Assembly (NCBI RefSeq): GCF_006345805.1 | Contig: NC_043023.1 | Span: 11,780,001-11,844,000 of the forward strand | Direction: 5' to 3' | Source of the DNA: Octopus sinensis | Taxonomy: Eukaryota | Length of the DNA stretch: 64,000 bases | Part shown: positions 29,338 through 40,290 of the stretch, in pieces | Layout of the letters: each line of letters begins with the position of its first letter | How positions within the stretch are numbered: position 1 is the stretch's first letter | Made by a program: the position numbers and the translations under genes | Notes under the pieces: model-generated | Databases searched by the model: none | What the model was told of the DNA's origin: nothing | What the model saw: the letters and a program-made list of their open reading frames with translations, nothing else

Positions 29338-31997
29338 TTACGGGTCAGTGCCCCGGGTGTTAGATGGGTGGAGTTTGAAAAGGTGCTCAGAGTTATTGTT
29401 TGTACGATGGTTGATAATTTTATGGGTGTCTGCCAGGTCAGCTGCTAGACGTCGGAGTTTCAATGTGTCCATGCCCAGGGAAGTAAGGCGTTCAGGATAT
29501 GGCAAATGCCTGATGGAGGGTATTCTTTTGGTTGCACATCGCTGAACGGCTTCCAGATGATTAATATCCTGGGCAAGATAGGGGTTCCAGACCGGTGATG
29601 CAAATTCCAGGTAAGGTCTTACCATAGCTATATAAAGCCGCAGATAGATAGCCGGAGAGCGGCTCACAAAGGATTTGGTGAGTGATGCCAAGGCACCCTC
29701 AGCCTTCTTGACAATTTTAACGATGTGTTTTGCCCAACGCAAATCACTGTTGACAATAACACCCAGGTCACGTTCACATGAAGACTTTTTGAGACTAGTG
29801 TTGTGGAGGGAGTAGGTGGACGCTGGGTTTCTCCTCCCAAAATGCATAGTGGTACATTTGTCCACAGCCAGCTTGAGTTGCCAGTCCATGATCCACTGCT
29901 GCATTGTGTCCAGGTCTGCTTGCAATAGAGATCTATAGTGTACAGGATTTTACCTCTTTATTTTGAGGTACAGCTTGATGTCATCTGCATATTTCAGCAC
30001 TGTGGCATTCTTTAAGTTGGCATCTATGTCATTAACATATGCAACAAATAAAAGGGGGCCAAGAACAGATCCCTGTGGTACACCAGATGTCATCTCATAG
30101 GGCGAAGAGTGCTGTCCTAGAACTGTGACAACCTCTTTTCGGCCGAAAATAAAGGACTTCAACCAGTTATAGAGTTCGTCTCTTACACCCAACGCAGAAA
30201 GCTTTACCATAAGTCTTTTGTGTGGTACAGAGTTAAAAGCCTTAGCAAAGTCCAGGTAAACAACATCCACCCAGGATCCGCGATCAGTGATTTGGGTAAC
30301 GTCCTCAAGAAACTCGATGAGTTGATTACAGCAGCTGGAGTTAGGAATAAATCCGAATTGTGACGGCTGGATGAGGCTGTGAGACTTCCAGAATTTCCAG
30401 AGGGTTTCTCTGATACAGGATTCCATCAGTTTGGCGATGCAGCTAGTAAGACTGACGGGGCGATAGTTGACAGGTGATGTGCGGTCGCCTTTTTTGAACA
30501 GAGGGATGACACTGGCAGTTTTCCACTGTTCTGGAGTAACACCATTGTCAAGACAGAATTGGAAGAATAGAGAAAGTTGGCTTAGAAGAAAGTACTCACC
30601 GCGTTTGAGAAGTAGGTATGTAACACCATCAAGACCAGGTGAGGCATAATTGCGTTTATTCTTAAGGTGGCATTGCAGCATTGCTGGTGTAAATTGCATA
30701 GTAGATATAGAGTCCGATGTCAGTGGTGATGAAGATGGAACATTTTGGTCTTCGACAGTAAAGATGCCGGTATAGCATCCAGCAATGATTTCTGCACATT
30801 CTTCGGGATTGCCAGTAATCTGTCCTGTGTGGGGATTGCAAAGGGGACCAACTGGAGAGTGGGGTCTCTGCTTTGAGTGCACATACTTCCAGAACACTTT
30901 GCTGTCAGGGTTAGCTGCAATGCGTTGTTCAAATTCAAGCACTGCCTTTTTTGTCACCTGCTTGAGGTGGTTGGTTGACCTATTGCGCTTTTTCCTGTTG
31001 CTCTCTGATTTGTGCAATTTGTATTCCTGTTCAGCATTACGGCATTCTTTCCTGGCAAGTCGGACTGCTGCAGTCTCCCAAATTGCACTGTTGGGTGGTT
31101 TTTTGTGCTTGCGTGGTACTGATGCTGCACATGCTGCCCATATTGAATTCAGAATGTTCTGGAGTATAGTGTCCACATCTCCAGAGGCATAAAATTCGCG
31201 CCAGTTTGGGCGTTACAGCTCAGTACAATAGGAGCTCCAGTTTGCTTTATTCCAGTCAAAGCAGACAGTCTGAAGATGGTTGTGTTTTTTGTTACAACCA
31301 ATCAGAGACAAGTCGGCCATGATCATGGAATGATCAGAGTCACCTAAAGGTTCTTTGGTAGTGACACTAATGATTGTTTCAGGAGAAGCGGTAAGTAGCA
31401 GATCCAAAGTGTTGTTGTGGGGGAGGTAACAACTTGGGACCAATTTGAATTCAGCACCAGTTCAAGGAAATCATCTGCACTTTGCGGCCAACGGAAGGCC
31501 TCCCAGTCAATCTCAGGGAAATTGAAGTCGCCCGCAATATACACATATGTGGCTGTTTTCATGGCAGCAGTTCTGAGGATATCAAAAAGCTGTGCGTCTT
31601 AGCGATAATTTGGGGGACGGTAAACGACTCCGAGCAGAAGTGTTGACATGGTCATATGTATATTGCAGAAAAATACTTCCTGCTGAGATTGGTTCAAATC
31701 ATCACAGGGGATTGCCGATAGATTTGATCGAACATAAATCATCACACACCCTCCACGGCGATTAATGCGGTCTTTGCGGAACAAGTTGTAGCAGGCTATA
31801 CTGTAAACTCCATCACAGAGTGCAGAGTGTGCCTATGTTTCCGTGACTGTGATGAAATCTGGGTTGATACTTTTGACGTAGGAGACAAAAAGATGCACCT
31901 TGTTGCATAAACTACGGGCATTCAAGGACAGTAGTTTATATCTGGATTTCAGATGATGATATACAGGGGATGGCTGATTGTTCTTGGTTAGTTTCCC
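29338..31997 (-). pseudogene. LINE ORF2 (endonuclease + reverse transcriptase), disrupted
   Basis: Pieces 31599-31784, 31344-31562, 31213-31443, 29950-31176 and 29338-29925 join into EN-RT. Stops at about 31835, about 31600 and 29950, and a frameshift near 31425. Confidence 0.9.
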
Positions 31998-33360
31998 AAG
32001 ATTTTTGCATTGCCAGTTGTTGTTGTGGGTGTAGTCTGCTCAGTCCAACTGGCATCCCTTATCCACGACTCACCAGACTTGACAAATTTCCAAATCTGCC
32101 CATCATCGCGGAGGCTAAAACTCTCCTGTGGCACAGAGTTGCGATTTAGGGAAGCTACAGATCTTAGCTTTGGGTGTACATCGGATGGTAGGCCAGGAGG
32201 TGTTCTAAAGTTGATAATGTTGTCACACCGAGCTCTATCAGCAGCCAGATGGAATGTCCACGCCTCAGTAAAGCCCGTAAACAACAGCCTGATCAGCCTG
32301 GGTTTGGATCCCGGTCGGCCAAGGCGGGAAGCACTTTTTGGAGGGACACAGCTGAGATCCCAAGCTGTGTTTCCAATGAATGCCTGCAGAACTACCACAT
32401 CTTCCGGCACTCCGATGGCTATTAATTCATGAGTGGCTGGTTCAGCAACTCCCTCGATGCGTTGAGGTTCTGCACGAGCTACAGGTAAGTTGCTGAGCAG
32501 GGCACTCCTATATGACCCTTCGCTGTGAGTTTTCGGACAGATACTGGTTCTGAGTCCTGCTACTTCACGACTCAAAGCAGAAATCATTCGTCTAATTTCT
32601 GCAACTTCTGTGCTGATGGTCGATTTCTGCTTTAGTTGGGAAGCATCAGGAGAGGAGGGCATGGTTGGTTTTTGTTCCTGCTGATGTACTTCAGCTGGAA
32701 TGATCAATTTTTGTTGTCGAAGAGCAAGAGGGGAGGAAGACATAGGGGGTTTAAGTTTCTGTTTTTGTTGTTCTTCAACATGAATGGCTGATTTTTGTTG
32801 CTGCTGTTGAAGAGTGACAGGGGAGGAAGACAGGGGCGGATTCAGTTTTTGCTGTTGTTCTTTATCAACAGGACTGGTTTTGGGAGACAAAGTAGTTGGT
32901 TTTTGCTGTTCAGCAGCAATGGCAGCGGAAGACACTGTTGTCAGGTTTTGTTGTTGCTGTTCAGCAGCAATGGTGGCAGGGGACACACATGTCCCCACAC
33001 AAGTCAGGCAATGAAACGACCAGTTTGGTAGCTGGACCATTTCCCAGAGTTTATCCATCATAGAAGTATGGTGTCCTTTCTTTTGACCTGGGATCTTCTG
33101 AAAGCAGATCGAAACACGACATTTACTGCATTCAACCCATCTATTTCGGAGAGAATTTTCGAGTTTTGTGCATAGATGACAGATGTGATTTGCCAGGCAA
33201 CGTTCTATTGTAGGACAGCGACCAGTTTTGTCGCATGGCTCATCCACGGATGATACCGTGGCAGTTTTGTTCTGTCTGCCCATCCATACTGTGGTGCAAG
33301 GTAAACAAAGAAAGAAAGAAAGACGAAAAAAGTGAAGATACAGCACACTTGTTAGGGAGA
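29356..33360 (-). mobile_element. Near-full-length CR1-type LINE, copy 1 (3' end missing)
   Basis: ORF1 plus EN-RT ORF2 with LNARSL, DFNFPEI, VYLDFAKAF, GVPQGSVLGPLLF and YADD motifs. The 5' limit is approximate. Confidence 0.92.
31988..33283 (-). CDS. LINE ORF1 protein (431 aa from MGRQNK)
   Basis: Open frame with a PHD-like Cys cluster, Q/P/S-rich linker, coiled-coil segment, SYRSALL, LIAIGVPE and RLGRPGSKPRLIRLLF motifs. Confidence 0.85.
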   Translation of the reverse strand: MGRQNKTATVSSVDEPCDKTGRCPTIERCLANHICHLCTKLENSLRNRWVECSKCRVSICFQKIPGQKKGHHTSMMDKLWEMVQLPNWSFHCLTCVGTCVSPATIAAEQQQQNLTTVSSAAIAAEQQKPTTLSPKTSPVDKEQQQKLNPPLSSSPVTLQQQQQKSAIHVEEQQKQKLKPPMSSSPLALRQQKLIIPAEVHQQEQKPTMPSSPDASQLKQKSTISTEVAEIRRMISALSREVAGLRTSICPKTHSEGSYRSALLSNLPVARAEPQRIEGVAEPATHELIAIGVPEDVVVLQAFIGNTAWDLSCVPPKSASRLGRPGSKPRLIRLLFTGFTEAWTFHLAADRARCDNIINFRTPPGLPSDVHPKLRSVASLNRNSVPQESFSLRDDGQIWKFVKSGESWIRDASWTEQTTPTTTTGNAKILGN

Positions 33361-33549
33361 TAAATAAGATGTTATTATTTGTTGTTGTTATTGCTGTTAA
33401 CTGTTTTCGCTTTCCACATTGTATGTGTGTATACAAAATGTATACATTCACTCCAGTAATTTTCTTTTCCCAATTATCTTCCAAGCAGTTGAATTTTTTT
33501 TTTTTTTCAAAATTTCACAAATGTTATGAAGGAGACAATAGAGTTCCAG

Positions 33550-33962
33550 GGATGTTTTCGGTTTGAACGGCAGTTTTTTCTAGTGGTGTCATATGAAATT
33601 GTCACCCATAATTATGACCCTAGTGTCGATCTATTACATTTCAATCTGGTTTTAGCGTTAGGGGTTAGGGGGAAGGGTATCTTTTTTTCTTCACAAATGT
33701 AAATAAACCCAATCTGTTTCTTAAACGAGGGACATATTCATATGGTACAGAATTTTTTTTACCTCAATAGACGTCATTGATTGGTTGAAATTGCAGAAAT
33801 TGAAGGAAAAAAACAACATATATCTTACAAACTATAGAATTTTCTCAATAAAGCCAAGAGAAAAAGATGTTTTATAAACACATTCTACCAGTATACGAAG
33901 TTAAAAATTTTTTAGTCACCTAGAAATTATGTCAAAAACTGCCGATCAAACCGAAAAGATCC
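33550..33962 (+). mobile_element. Complete MITE M1
   Basis: Both terminal repeats and the TTAGGG tract are present. No TSD visible. Confidence 0.88.
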
Positions 33963-33964
33963 GT

Positions 33965-35015
33965 TGAAATGATTTGTCTCCGGGACAAATGACTTCATAT
34001 GGAACATTGTAGGGTGACTGGAGGGGTTTTCATCGTGTGTCCTGTCGAATCAACACAAAGGAAGCCATCTGAATGTCGTTTGGCGTGGACGATCTTGGTG
34101 TACCATGTGTTGTCATGGAAATAGAGCACAACTGTCCCACGCTGTCTCTCAGTTGAGTGAGGTACATTTTGTCATCAGAATCTCACTTCATATTCAGAAT
34201 GAACTCTCTTGAGGATGATGATGATGAGGATGATGATGATGAGGAGGATGATGATGATGAGGAGGATGATGATGATGGTGATGAGGATGATGAGGAGGAG
34301 GATGATGATGAGAATGATGATGAGGAGGAGGAGGATGATGAGGATGATGATGATGATGATGATGAGGATGAGGATGATGATGATGATGATGAGGAGGAGG
34401 ATGAAGAAGGGTACCATATACCATTTCTGCAGTGGCAGTGCTGAGATTTTCTTTTGGAGTGGCATGGATTCCCAGCATCGCCCATCGACGTTGATCATTC
34501 AGTTAGGCCTGTTAAGTTTGGTTGGCCAGGATTCCTTCAGGCAGTGGTGAAATCTCTCCACTAATCTGTTGGCCTGTGGATGGTAGGCTGTTGTGCGGTT
34601 CATTGTAATTGAAAAATGTCACACAGGTGAATTGTGGACCCCAACTAGATGAGATGCTGTCTGGGACACTGAAACAGATGAAGGCTCGGCTGACTTCTTG
34701 TGTTTCTGTACAGCGGAGAGGGATAGCTTCAGGCCAACAAATGTATCAGTCTACCAAATTCAAGATGTATGAGCAACCCTGTGAAGATGGTAGGGGGCCG
34801 ACAAGGCCAATGTCGACATGGCTGAAACGGGCCTTTGGTGGTTCATAGTTGCCAAGGGGTGCTTTGGTGTGCTGATGGACCTTGGCTTGTTGACAGAGGA
34901 TGCATGCTCTGGTCCACTCTCCAATTTGCTTGGGCATACCATGCCAGATAAATTTGCTTGACTGCAGTTGCATAGTGGCTCTTGTACCTTGGTGGGACAG
35001 TCATGAAGAATTTAG
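33965..35015 (-). mobile_element. Decayed Gypsy (CsRn1-like) integrase remnant
   Basis: KFIWHGMPKQIGEWTRACILCQQAKV, ARFSHVDIGLVGPLP, TTAYHPQAN.LVERFH and AEMVYGTL motifs. Confidence 0.85.
34203..34408. repeat. (GAT/GAG)n compound microsatellite
   Basis: About 200 bp of GAT and GAG triplets. Confidence 0.95.
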
Positions 35016-35099
35016 AAAATAACTTAGTTATCATTAAGGTAATGTTAGGAACATAAATTGTGACTAAGGTTTGGTAGATTTCAATTCAAAACTTACGAA

Positions 35100-35164
35100 A
35101 ACAAGACACTAGCACTACAGAGTCAGAGCCGGTTTCAGCCAGGTTGGTAACGAAAGGGTTAAGG
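35100..35164 (+). mobile_element. Solo piggyBac-like right end
   Basis: GTAACGAAAGGG followed by TTAA, identical to the right end at 59901-59916. Confidence 0.55.
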
Positions 35165-35276
35165 GCATAGAGCCAAAGACACCGAACCAAACCTAACTGG
35201 AACCTGGAGCAGCACTCTGGCTTGCTAGCTCATGTCACACTTTCCCATCCAATCCTGCATAGAAAATGGATGTTAA

Positions 35277-35500
35277 AGGAGGAGGAGGAGGAGGGGGAGT
35301 ATGAGGATGAGGAAGATGAGGAGGAGGAGGAAGATGAGGAGGAGGAGGAAGATGAGGAGGAGGAGAAAGATGAGGAGGATGATGATGATGATGAGGAAAA
35401 CACAACAAAGACAAAAATCAATGTCACTTAAAACTTTTATTCCTTATTCCCATTCCTTTATTCTCTCATAACAAATTCCTCAAAAATCCAGCACCATCAA
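35277..35500 (-). terminator. 3' trailer of gene D with an expanded (GAG/GAT)n tract (35277-35395)
   Basis: Aligns with 5780-5890. AATAAA on the minus strand at 35436-35441 and 35458-35463. Confidence 0.6.
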
Positions 35501-35529
35501 AGCCATCGTTGTGTTGATGTATTTAGATA

Positions 35530-36030
35530 TTCAAAAGTCTTTTGGATCTGACAAATCAGTTTTCTTTCGTTCTTCCTTCTTGCAAGATTTGTATTTGATG
35601 TCTTCATGCATAATATTTCGGATCATTATTCCGACACACAAAATTTTTTGCGATTGACCTCATTGATTTTCCTGGATTGTCTCTAATGTTTTGCTTAACT
35701 TCCTGAACAAATTCAGGTGTCCTGATAGAATCAGAGCGCTTGGAATGTTTTTTACGTTTTGAGACAGGTGATACATTTCCATCTTCTTTTTCTAACTCAC
35801 ACCGAATCTTGTGAACGAAAGATCTTGCAACTTTTAGAAAACAAGAAATTTCTAAATCACCATGATTAGCAATCAAAGCCACAATCACAGCATGCCTTTT
35901 CATTTCGTTAGTAAGAATAGGGGCTGTCATTTTTATTTTCTGAAATAGAAGTTCAATAAAAATTACTTGAACTTTACAGAAAAAAAAAATGACAGGTGTA
36001 TAATCAATGAGCAGGTGTATTAGTTTGATG
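35530..36030 (-). mobile_element. Tc1/mariner-superfamily transposase 5' fragment
   Basis: ORF 35604-35930 MKRHAVIVAL...EISCFLKVARSFV...SIRTPEFV...NPGKSMRSIAK resembles a paired-type HTH N-terminus. Confidence 0.7.
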
Positions 36031-36164
36031 CTCAGGAAAATGAGAAAGTTTTTGTAGGTGGAGGGGGATGTCAGTGAAGAGAGAAATTATGTGGGAATAA
36101 AGAGAAGTTGGGGTCAGGAGAAGTATAGTTAAAACAACAATTCCCCAAAAATAACTACCACAAG

Positions 36165-36543
36165 TACAGGAGTGGCTGTGTGGTAAGTAGCTTGCTTACC
36201 AACCACATGGTTCCGGGTTCAGTCCCACTGCGTGGCATCTTGGGCCAGTGTCTTCTACTCTAGCCTCGGGCCGACCAAAGCCTTCTGATTCGATTTGGTA
36301 GACGGAAACTGAGAGAAGCCCGTCATATATATGTATATACTTGTGTATCTGTGTTTGTCCCGCCAACAACGCTTGACAACCGATGGTGGTGTGTTGACGT
36401 CCCCACAACTTAGCGGTTCAGCAAAAGAGACTGATAGAATAAGTACTAGGCTTACAAAGAATAAGTCCCGAGGTCAATTTGCTCGATTAGAAGGCGGTGC
36501 TCCAGCATGGCCGCAGTCAAATGATTGAAACAAGTAAAAGAGA
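36165..36543 (+). mobile_element. CORE-like SINE (S1), about 20 bp behind the stop codon of gene D
   Basis: Match to S1. Confidence 0.88.
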
Positions 36544-36565
36544 CAAAGAGACAGGTATCGGAATG

Positions 36566-37474
36566 TTATGGCTTCTCTCTTGTATGTGACAACTTGTGTT
36601 TAGTTAAGTTACCACTCTGAGAGAATGATTTACCACAGACATCACAAGAAAATGGCTTCTCTCCTGTATGAATGCGTTTGTGAATAGTTAAATCACTATT
36701 TCTAAAAAATGTTTTACCACAAAAATCACAGTGATGAAGTTTTCCTTCAGTGTGAATACGTACGTGATAAGTCAACTGACTATTACAAAAGAATGATTTA
36801 CCACAGATATCACAAGGGTACGGATTCTGACCTGTATGAATACTTCTGTGACAAGTTAAAATGCTATTTCGAGAAAACGATTTACCACAAATATCACAAT
36901 GATATGGCTTCTCTCCAGTATGAATACGTTCGTGACAAGTTAATTGACTTCTTGTAGAGAATGATTTACCACAAATATCACAATGATATGGCTTCTCTCC
37001 TGTATCTGTACGTTTGTGTTTATTCAAGTCCCTACTTCGAGAGAATGATTTACCACAAATATCACAATGATATGGCTTCTCTCCTGTATGAATACGTTTG
37101 TGCTGAGTCAAATTACTCGTTTGAGAGAATGATTTTCCACAAATATCACAATGGTATGGCTTCTCACCTGTATGTGTACGTTTGTGTACAGTCAATTCCC
37201 CACTTTGAGAGAATGATTTACCACAAATATCACAATGATATGGCTTTTCTCCTGTATGAATACGTTTGTGGTGAGTCAAATTACTCCTTTGAGAGAATGA
37301 TTTACCACAAATATCACAATGGTATGGCTTCTCGCCTGTATGTGTACGTTTGTGTACAATCAAGTCACCACTTTGAGAGAATGATTTACCACAGATATTA
37401 CAACGATATGGTTTCTCTACTGCATCAGGGTTTTTGCCTTTAGTTATATGACTCTTCATGAGAGAATAATTCAT
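36566..37474 (-). CDS. C2H2 zinc-finger protein D (10 fingers, finger 5 has H to D)
   Basis: First in-frame ATG at 37474; the paralog-equivalent Met is at 37459. Ends HTREKP*. Acceptor 37657/37656, donor 47755/47754 (intron of about 10.1 kb). Confidence 0.88.
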   Translation of the reverse strand: MNYSLMKSHITKGKNPDAVEKPYRCNICGKSFSQSGDLIVHKRTHTGEKPYHCDICGKSFSQRSNLTHHKRIHTGEKPYHCDICGKSFSQSGELTVHKRTHTGEKPYHCDICGKSFSQTSNLTQHKRIHTGEKPYHCDICGKSFSRSRDLNKHKRTDTGEKPYHCDICGKSFSTRSQLTCHERIHTGEKPYHCDICGKSFSRNSILTCHRSIHTGQNPYPCDICGKSFFCNSQLTYHVRIHTEGKLHHCDFCGKTFFRNSDLTIHKRIHTGEKPFSCDVCGKSFSQSGNLTKHKLSHTREKP

Positions 37475-37814
37475 CGTACATGCAACAATTAAAGTGTCTT
37501 TTAAATTCCGATGAATATGTTTTATATAAAGAGGTTGATGTATTGATGAATGCTCCTTATAAATATATTGTCTTCCTTTAGTCAATAAAAGTTGATAAAA
37601 ACATCAAAGGCACATCTGAATGAAGTATTTCTTTCGTATCAAAAGGATGTTATATTCTGAAATAGAAAAAGAAGCAGTGAGATAAAGAGAATCATTAAAC
37701 GACATAGTAATTCAAATCTTACAACATCAACACTGTCATCCATTTAATGTCTACGTTTGCATGGGTCAGAATCCATTGAGGCTTTGAAAGTTTTACCACA
37801 TTCTGTATATATAT

Positions 37815-38225
37815 ATTTCTTTACTACCCACAAGGGGCTTAAACATAGAGGGGACAAACAAGGACAGACATAGGTATTAAGTCGATTACATTGATCCCAG
37901 TGCGTAACTGGTACTTAATTTATCGACCCCGAAAGGATGAAAGGCAAAGTCGACCTCGGCGGAATTTGAACCCAGAACGTAACGGCAGACGAAATACCTA
38001 TTTCTTTACTACCCACAAGGGGCTAAACATAGAGGGGACAAACAAGGACAGACATAGGTATTAAGTCGATTACATCGACCCCAGTGCGTAACTGGTACTT
38101 AATTTATTGATCCCGAAAGGATGAAAGGAAAAGTCGACCTCAGTGGAATTTAAACCCAGAACGTAACGGCAGACGAAATACGGCTACGCATTTCGCCTGG
38201 CAGGCTAACGATCCTGCCAGCTCGA
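37815..38225 (-). mobile_element. S2 SINE tandem dimer
   Basis: Body repeated at about 37815 and about 38000. Confidence 0.85.
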
Positions 38226-38384
38226 TAGATTAATCAATTTTACCTTTCTCGAATAATTCATCATTTTCTCTTTTTTTCTTTCTTTACCTTACTTTCACTT
38301 GTTTCACCTATGGCGTGGCTTAGTTGGCAGGGTACTTACCAAACAATTTGTGAATCTTTACAACTAATTCAGGATCTTTTCGGT

Positions 38385-38660
38385 TTGCAATCCCAAGGGC
38401 ACAGTCAGTGCAAGACCTGGGCCTTTACATGAGTAATAATGCATCCTTCAATGTGTATGTTGCTAAATTGGCAAGGAAATACTGGCAGTGACTGGATGGA
38501 TTCTTAGAACTTTTAGAACAAGAGATTAGGAAATCATGATGGTCCTCTGGAGGACACTTGTCCTAAGCCACTTTGACTATTGCTCTCAGCTATGGTCACC
38601 AATCAGTGTCAAATTAATCTCAGAACTTGAGGCAATCCAACGAAGCTACACAAAAAAGTT
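38385..38660 (+). mobile_element. CR1-like LINE RT fragment
   Basis: LWRTLVLSHFDYCSQLWSP...ELEAIQRSYTK. Confidence 0.75.
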
Positions 38661-38717
38661 AGCCTCAAGGCAGCATCCTAAAACTCTTCCCCCCACGGAA
38701 AAAAAAAAATTTATATA

Positions 38718-39770
38718 TAGGCGCAGGAGTGGACATGTGGTAAATAGCTTGTTTACAAACCACATGGCTCCAGGTTCAGTCCCACTGCGTGGCACCTTTG
38801 GCAAGTGTCTTCTACTATAGCCTCGGGCTGACCAGACTTGTGAGTGGATTTGGTAGACGGAAACTGAAAGAAGCCCGTCGTATATATGTATATATATATA
38901 TAGGCTCATGAGTGGCTGTGTGGTAAGTAGCTTGCTAACAAACCACATGGTTCTGGATTCAGTCCCACTGCGTGGCACCTTGGGCAAGTGTCTTCTACTA
39001 TAGCCTCGGGCTGACCAAACCCTTGTGAGTGGATTTGGTAGACGAAAATTGAAAGAAGCCCATTGTGTATATGTATATATATATATATATATATATGCGT
39101 GTGTGTGTTTGTGTGTCTGTGTTTGTCCCTCTAGCATTACTTGACAACCGATGCTGGTGTGTTTATGTCCCCGTTACTTAGCGTTTCGCAAAAGAGACCG
39201 ATAGAATGAGTATTGGGCTTACAAAAGAATAAGTCCCAGGGTCGAGTTGCTCGATTAAAAATGCGGTGCTCCAGCATGGCCGCAGTCAAATGACTGAAAC
39301 AAGTAAAAGAGTAAATAGTATAGTCGGAATCTACATGATATAACACATATTTGTAGAAAATTTCATTTAAAAATATTTATTTTTCTGAAAGTTGTGGTAA
39401 GTAGCTAGTTTACCAACCACATGGTTCCGTGTTCAGTCCCACTGCGTGGCGCCTTGGACAAATGTTTTCTACTATAGCCTCAGGCCGACCAAAGCCTTGT
39501 GAGTGGATTTGGTAGACGGAAACTGAAAGAATCCTGTCGTATATATGTATATATATATGCATGTGTGTGTTTGTGTGTCTGTGTTTGTCCCCCTAGCATT
39601 GCTTGACAACAGATGCTGGTGTGTTTATGTCCCTGTAACTTAGCGGTTCGGCTAAGAGACAGATAGAATAAGTATTGGGCTTACAAAGAATAAGTCCCGG
39701 GGTCGATTTACTCTACTAAAGGCGGTGCTCCAGCATGGCCGGAGTCAAATGACTGAAACAAGTAAAAGAG
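38718..39770 (+). mobile_element. Cluster of S1 SINEs (head dimer plus a second copy)
   Basis: Heads at about 38720, 38910 and 39395. Confidence 0.88.
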
Positions 39771-39775
39771 TAGGT

Positions 39776-40260
39776 GTAAAATAAAGCATGGTAAACGAAT
39801 ATGAAGAAAAAAATTTTCGCCGACGAACAGAGAATCGGTGAGAGGACTTGGAACATTCCCGATGTGAATTTTCCGATTCCTCGCCCCCACACCCCGTTCG
39901 GCAGCAGGCATATTTTTTCCATATTCGTTTATTACACGTTATTCTACACTTATTTTTTCATTTTTGTGACCGGGTGTTGAAGTGGGGTAACTGGAATGCG
40001 CGAATTATCCGAGTCTGCACCCCACCCACACCCGTTCGAATATTTGGTGAGAGGGCTTGGAACATTCCCCATGTGAATTTTCCAAGTTCTGTCCTCCACC
40101 CTTCGATCGCCAGCGGGCATTTTTCTCTTTTCATATTCGTTTACTACACGTTATTTTACACCCGTTACACTATTTTTTCCCTCATTTTTGTGACCGGGTG
40201 TCGAAGTGGAGTTGCTGGATCACGTGAATTATCCGAGTCCGCACACCATCCACCTCCGAC
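39776..40260. repeat. Palindromic repeat (about 180 bp), intron D copies
   Basis: Core GGTGAGAGGACTTGGAACATTCCC with flanking inverted arms. A further copy lies at about 41765-41935. Confidence 0.8.
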
Positions 40261-40290
40261 AAAAAAAATAGAAAAAAAAAATAGGGCGAT

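Noticed and set aside
33540-33970. TSDs for M1 at 33550, M2 at 11408 and the dimer at 20167
   Set aside because: The flanks do not match, so no TSD is claimed for these copies.
34157-34550. Poly-D/E, poly-S, poly-H and poly-M ORFs (also 35222-35431)
   Set aside because: Translations of a triplet microsatellite in several frames.
37475-37585. N-terminal extension of ZNF D as an effector domain
   Set aside because: TTG start. The same frame has a stop in F and has no ATG in E, so it is most likely 5' UTR.
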